Assembly: GCA_963804645.1 (NCBI GenBank)
Contig: CAWDRG010000018.1
Coordinates: 1-64,000 of the forward strand
Direction of reading: 5' to 3'
Source of the DNA: an uncultured Bacillota bacterium
Lineage (GTDB): Bacteria > Sysuimicrobiota > Sysuimicrobiia > Sysuimicrobiales > Segetimicrobiaceae
Length of the DNA stretch: 64,000 nucleotides
Positions 40,709 through 49,296 of this stretch are shown here, piece by piece. The number at the start of each line of letters is the position of its first letter. The first letter of the stretch is position 1. Below the pieces are notes generated by a model. It ran no database searches. It was not told the DNA's origin and was given only the letters and a program-made list of their open reading frames with translations. A program made the position numbers and the translations under genes.

Positions 40709-40888
40709 CTACGCGCGTTTGCGGCGAGCGGGTTTGCGCTTGCGGCGGCGAGGCGGGTCCGCCGCGGATGCCAGCCGGCCGAGCAGCCGGGCGCTGGCGC
40801 CGCGGACACGCATGCCGTAGCGCGCGCGCCGGCGCATTGCCTCTCGTCGAGCTGCGTGTGCATCGTGAGACGGTTCGGGCGTCTTCAT
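40709..40888 (-). CDS. Possible small basic protein (59 aa)
   Basis: MKTPEP...RRRKRKPARRKRA immediately downstream of dnaE2; no clear RBS. Confidence 0.3.
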   Translation of the reverse strand: MKTPEPSHDAHAARREAMRRRARYGMRVRGASARLLGRLASAADPPRRRKRKPARRKRA

Positions 40889-40947
40889 CGCACGGTCCGA
40901 CGATTCTCGCCGTGGACCGGAAGTTCCCGGTCGGCGGGCGCCCGCCG

Positions 40948-43900
40948 TCAGTGGAAATCGCGGCTGCGGAGGGTCGTGGGGCCGCGGCGCACGCGGGGCG
41001 TCCACAGCGTCTTGGCGATGATATGGACGACATCGTCCTGCCGCTGGATCGTGCCGGAGACGCCGAGGAACACCGCGGTTTTGGCCAGGGTGACAAATTG
41101 TTCGAACACACGCTCCCAGACGACGAGGTTCACAAAGCCCGTCTCGTCCTCGAGCGTCATAAACGTGACGCCCGACGCGGTGCCGGGCGTCTGCCGGCAG
41201 ATGACGAGCCCCGCGTACCGGACGCGCCGGTTGTTCGGGAGTGTGCCCACGGTGCGCGCGTCGGGCAGCCCGGCGGCCCGGAGTTCTTCCCGCAGGGATT
41301 CCAGCGGATGGCCGCGGGGGCTGTGGCCGGTGGCGCGGTAGTCCCAGGAGATCTCTTCGCCGGGGGTCAGGGGATCGAGCGCGGGGGTGGGCTCTTGGAT
41401 GGCCAGGGAGAGCCGGATGTCCCGCCGGCGTGAGAGGCCGTGGACCTGCCAGAGCGCCGTCCGTCGATCGGCGGCGAACCCGTCGAACGCCCCCGCCTCC
41501 GCGAGCGCAGCAACCGCGCTCCGGTCGAGCCCGGCCCGCCGCACGCAGTCGTCGAGCGACGCGAATGGAACGGCCGTCCGCGCACGGGTGAGGCGCTCGC
41601 CGTCGCCCTCGCCGAGCCCATGGACGTACCGCAGTCCCATGCGCACGGCGAACTCCCCGGCGCGGTCCGCGCGCGGCTCGAGCGTGCAGTCCCACGCACT
41701 GTGCCGGATATCCACGGGCCGGATCGTGACGTCGTGGCGTTTGGCGTCTTCGATGATCGTCGCGGGGCTGTAGAAGCCCATGGGCTGGGCGTTGAGGAGC
41801 GCGCAGGTGAACTCGGCGGGGAAATGGCACTTGAGGTACGCGGTCGCGTAGGCGATGAGGGCAAAGCTGGCCGCGTGCGAGTTGTGCACGACGAGATCGT
41901 TGGCGAGGAAATTGTGGTCGCCCTCCACCTGCAGATCGTACGTGTCCTGGAGGCCTCGCGGCTCGATCGCCGTGACGCGATCCCAGGACACATCGGACGC
42001 GGCCCACGCGCGACACTCCGGAGCCGCCCCCACGCAGTCGCCCGCCCGCAGCGCGCCGAGCGGACGCCAGCCGTCCGGAGTCAGCACGGGATGTTCGGCC
42101 GTCGCCGTGACCGATCGGCCGTGCGCCGTGCGCAGGTGGAAGACCGGGCGGCGTCCGCTCGAGGTGGCGCGGAGCACCCGGCGCACGCGCAGACGCAGGT
42201 CCGCACCGCAGGCCCAGGTGCACCGAAGACGGGCCCGCCCCTGCGCGACGTCCCCGATCGCGATCCGGCTCCCGGTGGCGGCATCGATGACGCGGGTCTC
42301 GGCGGTCACACACTGCGGGAAGCCGTAGTCCCCAAACCCGCGAATTTGATTGAACACCCGCTCGGCGAACTCGGGCGCGATGCCCTTCGCCTGCATGCGC
42401 GACATCAAGAGATCGCGGTGCCGCTCGATGCGGCCCGATCGCCGCCACGCCGCCATGTCCCGCCGCAGCTGATCCGCCTCGCCCGGCGTATAATCGGCGG
42501 CGACGACGGCGAGGCGCATCACCTGTTCCTGAAACAGCGGCACCCCGAGGGTGCTTTCAAGGACGGGAATGAGGGACGGGTGGGGATACTCCACCGGCTC
42601 CTCGCCGTTTCGCCGGCGCAGATAGGGATGCACCATCCCCCCGGTGATCGGCCCCGGGCGGACGATGCTGATCTCGACGACGAGATCGTAGAAATGGCGG
42701 GGGCGCAGACGGGGGAGCATCGCCATCTGCGCGCGGCTTTCGATCTGAAACACCCCGACCGTGTCGGCGCGGCTGGCCATCGCAAACGTCGCCGCGTCAT
42801 CGGAGGGCAGCGTCGCCAAGGACGCCGCGAGGCCCCGGTGCTCCCGCAGGAGCCGAAACGACAGGTCGAGCAGGGTCAGCGCGCCCAGCCCGAGCAGGTC
42901 GACTTTGAACAGCCCGAGGTCCTCGAGATCCTCCTTGTCCCATTGGATGACGGTCCGGCCGTCCATCGTGGCGTTCTCGATCGGGACGATCTCATCCACG
43001 GGAGAATCGCCCAGCAGAAACCCGCCCGGGTGGATCGAGAGGTGGCGGGGAAATCCCAGGATCTCGCGGCTCACCCGGCGCAGATGCTGGTGCGCCGGCA
43101 CCTCGGGGTCCAGTCCGGCCTGCCGCAGCGCCTCGGACGGGATGTCGCCGCCGTAGTCGAGGAGCCGGGCCAGACGGTCGAGGGATGTTTCCGGAATCCC
43201 GAGGACTTTCCCGACGTCCCGCACGGCCGACCGGGGGCGGTAGCGGATCACGTTCGCGACCATCGCCGCGTGCGCGCGCCCGTACCGGTCGTAGACGAAC
43301 TGGATCACCTCCTCGCGGCGGTTGTGCTGGATGTCCAGGTCCACGTCGGGCGGCTCGGCGCGTTCCCGCGAGAGGAAGCGCTCGAACAGGAGGGAGATTT
43401 TCGTGGGGTCGACGGCGGTGATCCCAAGACAGTAGCAGACCGCGGAGTTCGCGGCGGACCCTCGGCCCTGGCAGAGGATGCCTTCCCGGCGGCAGAACTG
43501 CACGATCTCCCACATCGTCAGGAAATAGCCGCCGTAATCCAACTCGTCGATCAACGCCAGTTCCTTGTCGAGCTGCCGCCTGACGTCGGAGGGGACCGCG
43601 CCCTGGTACCGCTCCTCGGCGCCCTCGGCGACCAGCCGGCGGAGCCAGGCGTGGGGGCTCGTGCCCTCGGGGACCCGTTCCTCCGGATAGCGGTACCGCA
43701 GGGTGCCGAGCGAAAACGTGCACCGCGCGGCCACCTCCTCGGTGCGGGCCACGGCAGCCGGGTCGTCGCTGAACAGGGCCTCGAACGCGTACGGCGCCAG
43801 CAGGGCGTGTTCGGCGTTCGGCTTGATCGTCCGCCCCGCGCCGGCGAGCTGGATTCCCTGGCGCAGACAGGCGAGCACGTCCTGGACCGGCCGCCGCGCC

Positions 43901-44469
43901 GGCGTATGATAGAGCACCTCGACCGCGGCGACGAGGGGGAGGGCGTAGCGGGCGGCGCGATCGCGCACCCGTGCCTCCTGCCGGGTCTCGGCGGCTCGCC
44001 GGTGGCGCGCGACGAGCGCGTAGATCGCATCGCCGAACGCGTCCCGCAGGCGCCCGGCGGTCTCGTCCGGCGCCGCCTCGCCGGCCAGCAGGCTGCGGTC
44101 TCCGCCCCACAGCGCGAGGAGGCCGCGCGCGTGCGCGCAGAGTTCGTCCCAGTCGACGGCGCACTCGCCTTTGGGCGACCGCCGCCGCCCCACCGTCAGG
44201 AGCCGGCAGAGGTTCGCGTAGCCGTCGCGGTCCCGTGAGAGGAGGACGAGTGCGGAGCCGCCCGTGATCGTGACCTGCGCGCCGACGATCAGGCGGCACC
44301 CCAGGTCGCGCGCCGCCACGTGGGCGCGCACCATGCCGTGCACGCCGTCGCGGTCCGTGAGCGCGATAGCCTCCAGGCCGTGGCGGTGGGCTTCGCCCAC
44401 CAACTCCTCGGGCTGCGAGGCGCCTTCCAAGAACGAGAACGCGCTTTTGCACCACAGCGGCGCGTACAT
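40948..44469 (-). CDS. dnaE2: Error-prone DNA polymerase DnaE2 (ImuC), intein-containing
   Basis: PHP N-terminus ([16 protein letters not shown]), [23 protein letters not shown] and the C-terminal SRDFH signature of DnaE2. Confidence 0.95.
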   Translation of the reverse strand: MYAPLWCKSAFSFLEGASQPEELVGEAHRHGLEAIALTDRDGVHGMVRAHVAARDLGCRLIVGAQVTITGGSALVLLSRDRDGYANLCRLLTVGRRRSPKGECAVDWDELCAHARGLLALWGGDRSLLAGEAAPDETAGRLRDAFGDAIYALVARHRRAAETRQEARVRDRAARYALPLVAAVEVLYHTPARRPVQDVLACLRQGIQLAGAGRTIKPNAEHALLAPYAFEALFSDDPAAVARTEEVAARCTFSLGTLRYRYPEERVPEGTSPHAWLRRLVAEGAEERYQGAVPSDVRRQLDKELALIDELDYGGYFLTMWEIVQFCRREGILCQGRGSAANSAVCYCLGITAVDPTKISLLFERFLSRERAEPPDVDLDIQHNRREEVIQFVYDRYGRAHAAMVANVIRYRPRSAVRDVGKVLGIPETSLDRLARLLDYGGDIPSEALRQAGLDPEVPAHQHLRRVSREILGFPRHLSIHPGGFLLGDSPVDEIVPIENATMDGRTVIQWDKEDLEDLGLFKVDLLGLGALTLLDLSFRLLREHRGLAASLATLPSDDAATFAMASRADTVGVFQIESRAQMAMLPRLRPRHFYDLVVEISIVRPGPITGGMVHPYLRRRNGEEPVEYPHPSLIPVLESTLGVPLFQEQVMRLAVVAADYTPGEADQLRRDMAAWRRSGRIERHRDLLMSRMQAKGIAPEFAERVFNQIRGFGDYGFPQCVTAETRVIDAATGSRIAIGDVAQGRARLRCTWACGADLRLRVRRVLRATSSGRRPVFHLRTAHGRSVTATAEHPVLTPDGWRPLGALRAGDCVGAAPECRAWAASDVSWDRVTAIEPRGLQDTYDLQVEGDHNFLANDLVVHNSHAASFALIAYATAYLKCHFPAEFTCALLNAQPMGFYSPATIIEDAKRHDVTIRPVDIRHSAWDCTLEPRADRAGEFAVRMGLRYVHGLGEGDGERLTRARTAVPFASLDDCVRRAGLDRSAVAALAEAGAFDGFAADRRTALWQVHGLSRRRDIRLSLAIQEPTPALDPLTPGEEISWDYRATGHSPRGHPLESLREELRAAGLPDARTVGTLPNNRRVRYAGLVICRQTPGTASGVTFMTLEDETGFVNLVVWERVFEQFVTLAKTAVFLGVSGTIQRQDDVVHIIAKTLWTPRVRRGPTTLRSRDFH
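41881..42312 (-). mobile_element. Mini-intein (144 aa, no homing endonuclease) in DnaE2
   Basis: [10 protein letters not shown]...TAEHP...TYDLQV...[18 protein letters not shown]: Cys1, block B TxxH, block F Asp, terminal His-Asn and Ser+1. Confidence 0.95.
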
Positions 44470-44473
44470 CGCC

Positions 44474-45970
44474 TTACTCCACCTGCCCGTGGAGAAACCA
44501 GCGGCGTCGGCGGCGGTCGTGGTAGATCCACAGCACATGCCCGCGCCGGGTCCGGGCGAAGTGGTAGGCGCGGTCCGCTTCGCGCACCCACCAGCCGCCG
44601 GAGACGATGTAGGGGCCGAGCAGTTCGTCCACCGATCCGTACGCGGTGCCGAGGAGCAGCCATCCGTCGTGGCGCGGGTCGGTCGGGGCGGTCCCGATCG
44701 GCTGCGGCCGCTGGAACAGGCGGCGGACGAGCGTGCGCCGCGGGACGGAGACCGGGCGGGGGACGGCGAGCGCGGTGATCGGCTCCCACGCGATCCTGGC
44801 CTCGGGGAGATGTCCGTCCCGCACCCGGACGCGCACCACCGCGTGGTCGCCCAGTTCGGCCCGAAGGCGTGCCAGGGCGCGGTTGCCGGCGGCGAGATCG
44901 CGCGGGTGGACGTTCAAGAATCGGAGCTGCTCATGGGAGGCGGGGACGCGTTCCGCGGTGAGGACGATGTCGGTGATCCCGCCCTCCGCCGTTCGGGCCC
45001 CGGCGCCCGACGCTTCCAGGCGCAGCCGGATCAGGTCCAGGACCTGGACCGGGTCGAGGGTCGGGGCGGCCGGGCGGATCCGTTCCACGTGCCACTCCTG
45101 CCGGTCGAGCTTGATCCGCATCGTGAGCCCCGCGAGCGCTTCTCCCCGGGCCGCGAGGGCGGCCAGCATCGGGTCGAGCCGCTGCTTCAGCAGGAAGAGG
45201 CATCGGATGAGGTCGGATTCCGGGGCGTCGAGCACCAGCTGTTCGCGAAGCGGCTCGAGGTCGGCGGCCGGACGGAGCGGGGCCCGCTCTTGTCCGCTTG
45301 CCGCACGGTGCAGACGGTACGATTCGATGCCGAACCGCTCGAGCAGCCCGCTCTCCGGCAGCTGCACCAGGCCGCGCACGGTCGTCACGCCGAGCTTCTC
45401 GAGCGTGTCCCGGACCTCGGGGTCGATCGCGAGACGGACGAGCGGCACGTCCAGCGCCGCGGCCCGCTCCTCGCGGGGATCGTGAAAGATCCGCACCCCG
45501 GAGGAGACCTGCGCGACGGCGTAGGTGCCGAAGCGCGTGAATCCGATCACCGCGTCGGCGTGAAAGCCCGCGTCTCGGAAATCTCCAAGGACCGCCTCGG
45601 CCCACCGGGTGAGCGAAGGATGCAGCCGGGCAAGCCCGGCGAGGCCGGCCCAGAAGACCCCGGGCTCATCCCCCGGCTCCACGTCGGGGGTAAACCGATG
45701 GAGCCGGACGGTGAGCGATTCTCGTGCCTCAAGGGTCTCCGATGGAGCGACCGCCCCCGCTCTGAGGCCGGGGGCCAGCGCCAGCGCGGCGGCGTACCGC
45801 ATCCCGGGACGCACGCCGGCCCGGCGGGCCTGCTCGTTGACCCTGAGGACCGGACTTTGGGGACGGTCCTCCTCGACGACGGCGGCCGGCGCGCCGCGCC
45901 AGTCGGGATGCGACCGGAGGAGGAGTTGGAGCGGGAACGCCGGGACGCTAACGCAGGCCAGCGGGTCCAC
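44474..45970 (-). CDS. imuB: ImuB, inactive Y-family polymerase-like mutasome subunit
   Basis: [10 protein letters not shown]...[19 protein letters not shown] and WFLHG motifs; lies between imuA and dnaE2. Confidence 0.9.
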   Translation of the reverse strand: MDPLACVSVPAFPLQLLLRSHPDWRGAPAAVVEEDRPQSPVLRVNEQARRAGVRPGMRYAAALALAPGLRAGAVAPSETLEARESLTVRLHRFTPDVEPGDEPGVFWAGLAGLARLHPSLTRWAEAVLGDFRDAGFHADAVIGFTRFGTYAVAQVSSGVRIFHDPREERAAALDVPLVRLAIDPEVRDTLEKLGVTTVRGLVQLPESGLLERFGIESYRLHRAASGQERAPLRPAADLEPLREQLVLDAPESDLIRCLFLLKQRLDPMLAALAARGEALAGLTMRIKLDRQEWHVERIRPAAPTLDPVQVLDLIRLRLEASGAGARTAEGGITDIVLTAERVPASHEQLRFLNVHPRDLAAGNRALARLRAELGDHAVVRVRVRDGHLPEARIAWEPITALAVPRPVSVPRRTLVRRLFQRPQPIGTAPTDPRHDGWLLLGTAYGSVDELLGPYIVSGGWWVREADRAYHFARTRRGHVLWIYHDRRRRRWFLHGQVE

Positions 45971-46571
45971 GGCACAGTTCCTCAAACGTCCAGGGGCCCC
46001 GGCGTTTGTCCTTGACGACGGACAGCGAGCACCTGAATGTATCCGGCGCCACGCGCTCGCGCCGTGTGCTGCCGCGCAGTGCGATCAATGAGCCGAGCGA
46101 CGGAGCGTCCTCGTCTTTCTGCGTCACGAAGACGATCGCCGTGTGATGCTGCTGCGCCAGTCCCGCGAGGCGCGCGAGCGCGGCCAGCGGCAGCGCGGCG
46201 GAGTCGTGCAGGTCCAGGACCAGCAGGCCGAAGGCCCCCGATCGCGCGAGCCGGTCGGCACTTCGCGCCGCGGCGATCGTATCGGGGACCCGGATGACCA
46301 CGAGCGTCTCGAGGTCCACGCCGCTTTCGGCCACGTCCACGGGGTAGAAGATCCGGTCGGCGGGGGTGATCCACGCGGCGATCTCACCGCGCTGTTGGGC
46401 ATCCAGAATGAGCCGCGTCGCCATCGTCAAACCGGCGGTGTCTCCCAGGCCGGAAAACTCGCTCAACTGGCTCTTGAGTGCGGCAAGCGTCAGCGTGCCG
46501 GGGGAACGGGGTTCGGTGAGATGCGGGAACGATGACAGGTATTTCAGCAGTTCTCGCTCGGGGGCCGGCAT
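45948..46571 (-). CDS. imuA: ImuA / RecA-like mutasome protein
   Basis: RecA-fold remnants (GVDLETLVV, RSGAFGLLVLD) with a degenerate Walker A; overlaps the imuB start; alternative start at 46607. Confidence 0.85.
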   Translation of the reverse strand: MPAPERELLKYLSSFPHLTEPRSPGTLTLAALKSQLSEFSGLGDTAGLTMATRLILDAQQRGEIAAWITPADRIFYPVDVAESGVDLETLVVIRVPDTIAAARSADRLARSGAFGLLVLDLHDSAALPLAALARLAGLAQQHHTAIVFVTQKDEDAPSLGSLIALRGSTRRERVAPDTFRCSLSVVKDKRRGPWTFEELCRGPAGLR

Positions 46572-46656
46572 AGGGATATCCGTTGTGAGACCTGACCCTC
46601 TTGGCACGGCGTTGAGTCTCGGTGAGGGAGGCCCGAATCTAGTCCAGTATGTATAT

Positions 46657-46670
46657 CGTACATATGTTCG
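46657..46670 (-). promoter_or_regulatory. LexA (SOS) box, GAAC-N4-GTTC type, overlapping the imuA promoter
   Basis: Minus-strand CGAACATATGTACG lies within TTGCAT-18 bp-TACGAT upstream of imuA. Confidence 0.8.
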
Positions 46671-46823
46671 GTATTGTTATGCAAGAGGGATTTTTGGGAT
46701 TTCTTAGCCTAATGCAGGCCTGTCGGATCACCAGACCCTATTCGAGCCCATGCGGCTCTCGATCCATGAGCCTCTCATGGGGATTAACTATTACGGAGCG
46801 GACGTACATCGTCGACGCGATCC

Positions 46824-48110
46824 ATGCTTGATTCCTTCGACGCGCGAACCCTCGCCGGGTTCGTGGTATTTCTTTCGGTCATCGCGCTCGTGGTTGCGAG
46901 GCCGCGGGGCCTCAACGAGGCCTGGCCCGCGGCCGCCGGGGCCGCGGCGCTGCTTGTCCTCGGCGTTCTGCGGCCGGTCGATCTGCTCATCGTGGGCCGG
47001 GAGACCGGCGGCGTCCTGCTGTTTCTGCTCGGGATGATGATCGTCTCGGGAGTCCTGGACCTCGCGGGAGTGTTCGCCTGGGCCGCGTCCTACGCCGTCC
47101 ACGCGAGCGGCACGAGCGGCCGGCGGCTGCTCGTCAACGTCTTTGTGCTCGGCGCCGTGGTCACGGGGCTGCTCTCGCTTGACGTCACCGTCGTCATCCT
47201 GACGCCGGTCGTCTACGCTGCGGTTACCGCACTCGAGATCGATCCGCTGCCGTACCTGTACGCGTGCGCCTTCGTCGCCAACACCGGGTCGCTCGTGTTT
47301 CCGATGAGCAATCTCACCAATCTGTTGGTCGTGGACCGTCTGCGTCTGCCGTTCTGGCCGTTTGCGTGGACGATGGCGATCCCCAACGCCGTCGCCGTGG
47401 CGGCGAACATCGCCCTGTTCCTGTGGCTGTTCCGTGACCGCCTTCAAAAGACGCTCGTCCCTCCGGCCGCGCTCGCCATCACCGGGGTCCACGACCCCTT
47501 CTTCCGCCGCTCCCTGGCTGTGCTCGGGCTCGTGCTGGCCGGGTTGTTCCTGTCCGGCTTGGGCGCGCGCCCGCTCTGGCCGGTCGCCCTCGCGGGGGCG
47601 CTCGTGCTCCTGTGCGCGGCCCGCGCGGCGGGGGTGCCCGTGGCCGGCGCCGTGATGCGCGAAGTGCCCTGGTCCCTGTTTCCGTTCGTGTGGGGGATGG
47701 CCGCGATCGTCCGCGGCGTCGAGCACGCCGGGCTCACGACCGAGCTGGCCCGGTTCGTGCTCGGCCACTCCGGCGGGTCTGTCGGGGATCTCGTCGCGGC
47801 CGGCGGGATCAGCGCGCTCGGCGCGAATCTGTTCAACAACATTCCGATGACGCTGGTGATGTTGGGCGTGCTCGCCGGCGGCGCCCGCCCGGAGCTCGGC
47901 GGGCTCGTGGCGGCGACGCTGATCGGCGTCAACATCGGCCCGGCGCTCATCCCCGTCGGCTCGCTCGCCACCATCCTGTGGCTTGCGATCGTGCGCCGGC
48001 GCGGCATCGACGTCCCCGTGCTGCAGTATCTGCGCATCAGCGCGGTCACGGTGCCGCTGGTTCTCGCGGCGGCGCTCGCCGCGCTGGTCCTCGAGCGGCT
48101 TGTGCGGTAG
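46824..48110 (+). CDS. ArsB/NhaD (ion transporter superfamily) permease
   Basis: RPRGLNEAW, ANTGSLVFPMSNLTNL, NLFNNIP, GVNIGP...GSLATILW; many TMs. Confidence 0.9.
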   Translation: MLDSFDARTLAGFVVFLSVIALVVARPRGLNEAWPAAAGAAALLVLGVLRPVDLLIVGRETGGVLLFLLGMMIVSGVLDLAGVFAWAASYAVHASGTSGRRLLVNVFVLGAVVTGLLSLDVTVVILTPVVYAAVTALEIDPLPYLYACAFVANTGSLVFPMSNLTNLLVVDRLRLPFWPFAWTMAIPNAVAVAANIALFLWLFRDRLQKTLVPPAALAITGVHDPFFRRSLAVLGLVLAGLFLSGLGARPLWPVALAGALVLLCAARAAGVPVAGAVMREVPWSLFPFVWGMAAIVRGVEHAGLTTELARFVLGHSGGSVGDLVAAGGISALGANLFNNIPMTLVMLGVLAGGARPELGGLVAATLIGVNIGPALIPVGSLATILWLAIVRRRGIDVPVLQYLRISAVTVPLVLAAALAALVLERLVR

Positions 48111-48137
48111 GGCGACGGTCCGCGGATCCGCGCAGGC

Positions 48138-48281
48138 CGCGGTCAGGGGGAGCGGATCGAGCGGCTGTCCGTCCCGCCGTAGTTCGAAGAACAGGTGTGG
48201 CCCGGTGCTCCATCCGGTGCTGCCGACCCGGCCGATGATCTGGCCGCACCGCACGCGGTCTCCGACCCGGACATCGTACGA
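48138..48281 (-). pseudogene. Displaced copy of the 3' end of the HlyD-M23 gene (direct repeat of 49292-49437)
   Basis: SYDVRVGDRVRCGQIIGRVGSTGWSTGPHLFFELRRDGQPLDPL; 14 substitutions versus the intact copy, 11 of them synonymous. Confidence 0.85.
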
Positions 48282-48424
48282 TGTCTGGACGAAGATGCGG
48301 TGGAGGAGTTGCTAGACAGGACGATTGGTAAGCGACGGGTCTATCTGCTGGTAAGACGGTTTCGACGGGGACGTGCGTGACTCTCGAATTACGTGACTCT
48401 ACCTTCAGCGAGCGGCTTCGACCA

Positions 48425-48850
48425 TCATGCAGGCAGGATGCGAAATCCGAGCTCTCTTGCGGCACCGCGGAGACGGTCATCCAGGCTGAGAAATTCTAGA
48501 CCTCGGATGGCTCGGCGTCCGGCCAGCGCGCTCGCGAGGTGGAGGGCGTCGAGCGTTCGGATCGGTTCCCGCGGGAGTGGACGGCGTGCACGTTCGAGCA
48601 CTTCGTCGCCGAGCCGGAGCAGGGTCCATTGGCTGGCGGCCTCATTCAGTGCTGCACGACACTGGGCGGCATCACCTTCTTCGAGCGCGTTGAGGACAGT
48701 CGACCGAATTAGGACGCGGTCGCACTCGACCAGGGTCAGCTCGGATGTGACTACGATGTCGGCACCGGCAATGGCGTCCCTCACAGAACCGCCCTCGGGT
48801 TCACCCAGGAGCCACGAGAGCACCGCGCTTGACTCCGCGTACACGCTCAC
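48425..48850 (-). CDS. vapC: PIN-domain (VapC family) toxin
   Basis: VYAESSAVL, LTLVE, RTLDALHLASA, SLDDRL. Confidence 0.9.
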   Translation of the reverse strand: MSVYAESSAVLSWLLGEPEGGSVRDAIAGADIVVTSELTLVECDRVLIRSTVLNALEEGDAAQCRAALNEAASQWTLLRLGDEVLERARRPLPREPIRTLDALHLASALAGRRAIRGLEFLSLDDRLRGAARELGFRILPA

Positions 48851-49140
48851 CGAGCGCCTCGTTCCTGGTCGAGTAGCTCCCGGGAGGTGATCCCTCTGAG
48901 ACGGTGTGGCATGATCGGATAGCGAGTCGCGTCGTTCTGACCGCCTGCGGACGCGAGCCCCCGCCTCACGAGATCTCCGAGCCCCGGTGGGAGGTTGCTG
49001 AGTCCGCTCAGGTCACCAGGCGGACCAACCTGCGCCACAACTTTCCCTCGATCTGTAACCAATACCGTCTCTCCCTGCCGCACGCGACGGAGGTACTCGC
49101 TGAGCCGGTTCTTCAACTCGCGGACCCCAACGACAATCAT
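48847..49140 (-). CDS. Phd/YefM family antitoxin
   Basis: VGVRELKNRLSEYLRRV...VTDRGKVVA; 4-bp overlap with the toxin. Confidence 0.9.
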   Translation of the reverse strand: MIVVGVRELKNRLSEYLRRVRQGETVLVTDRGKVVAQVGPPGDLSGLSNLPPGLGDLVRRGLASAGGQNDATRYPIMPHRLRGITSRELLDQERGAR

Positions 49141-49147
49141 GGGCAAA

Positions 49148-49177
49148 ATTGTAGCATCATGTGGCTACATTTTTCAA
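49148..49177 (-). promoter_or_regulatory. Toxin-antitoxin promoter with palindromic operator
   Basis: TTGAAA-18 bp-TACAAT with an extended TG; the TGTAGC-N8-GCTACA inverted repeat (49150-49169) covers the -10. Confidence 0.7.
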
Positions 49178-49296
49178 GCATCAGAATTTGCACAGAAACT
49201 GCCACTGCCGTCGGGTTCACCGCTGGCGGGGCATCGACGTCTCATGTCTCTGCGCATCACCGCGGTCGCGGGTTCACTGGCCCGTTGGCGTCGCGG

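Noticed and set aside
46791..48254. 487-aa minus-strand ORF beginning with an M23 motif
   Set aside because: Only the first ~35 aa are real (the displaced gene end); the rest is antisense to the ArsB/NhaD gene.
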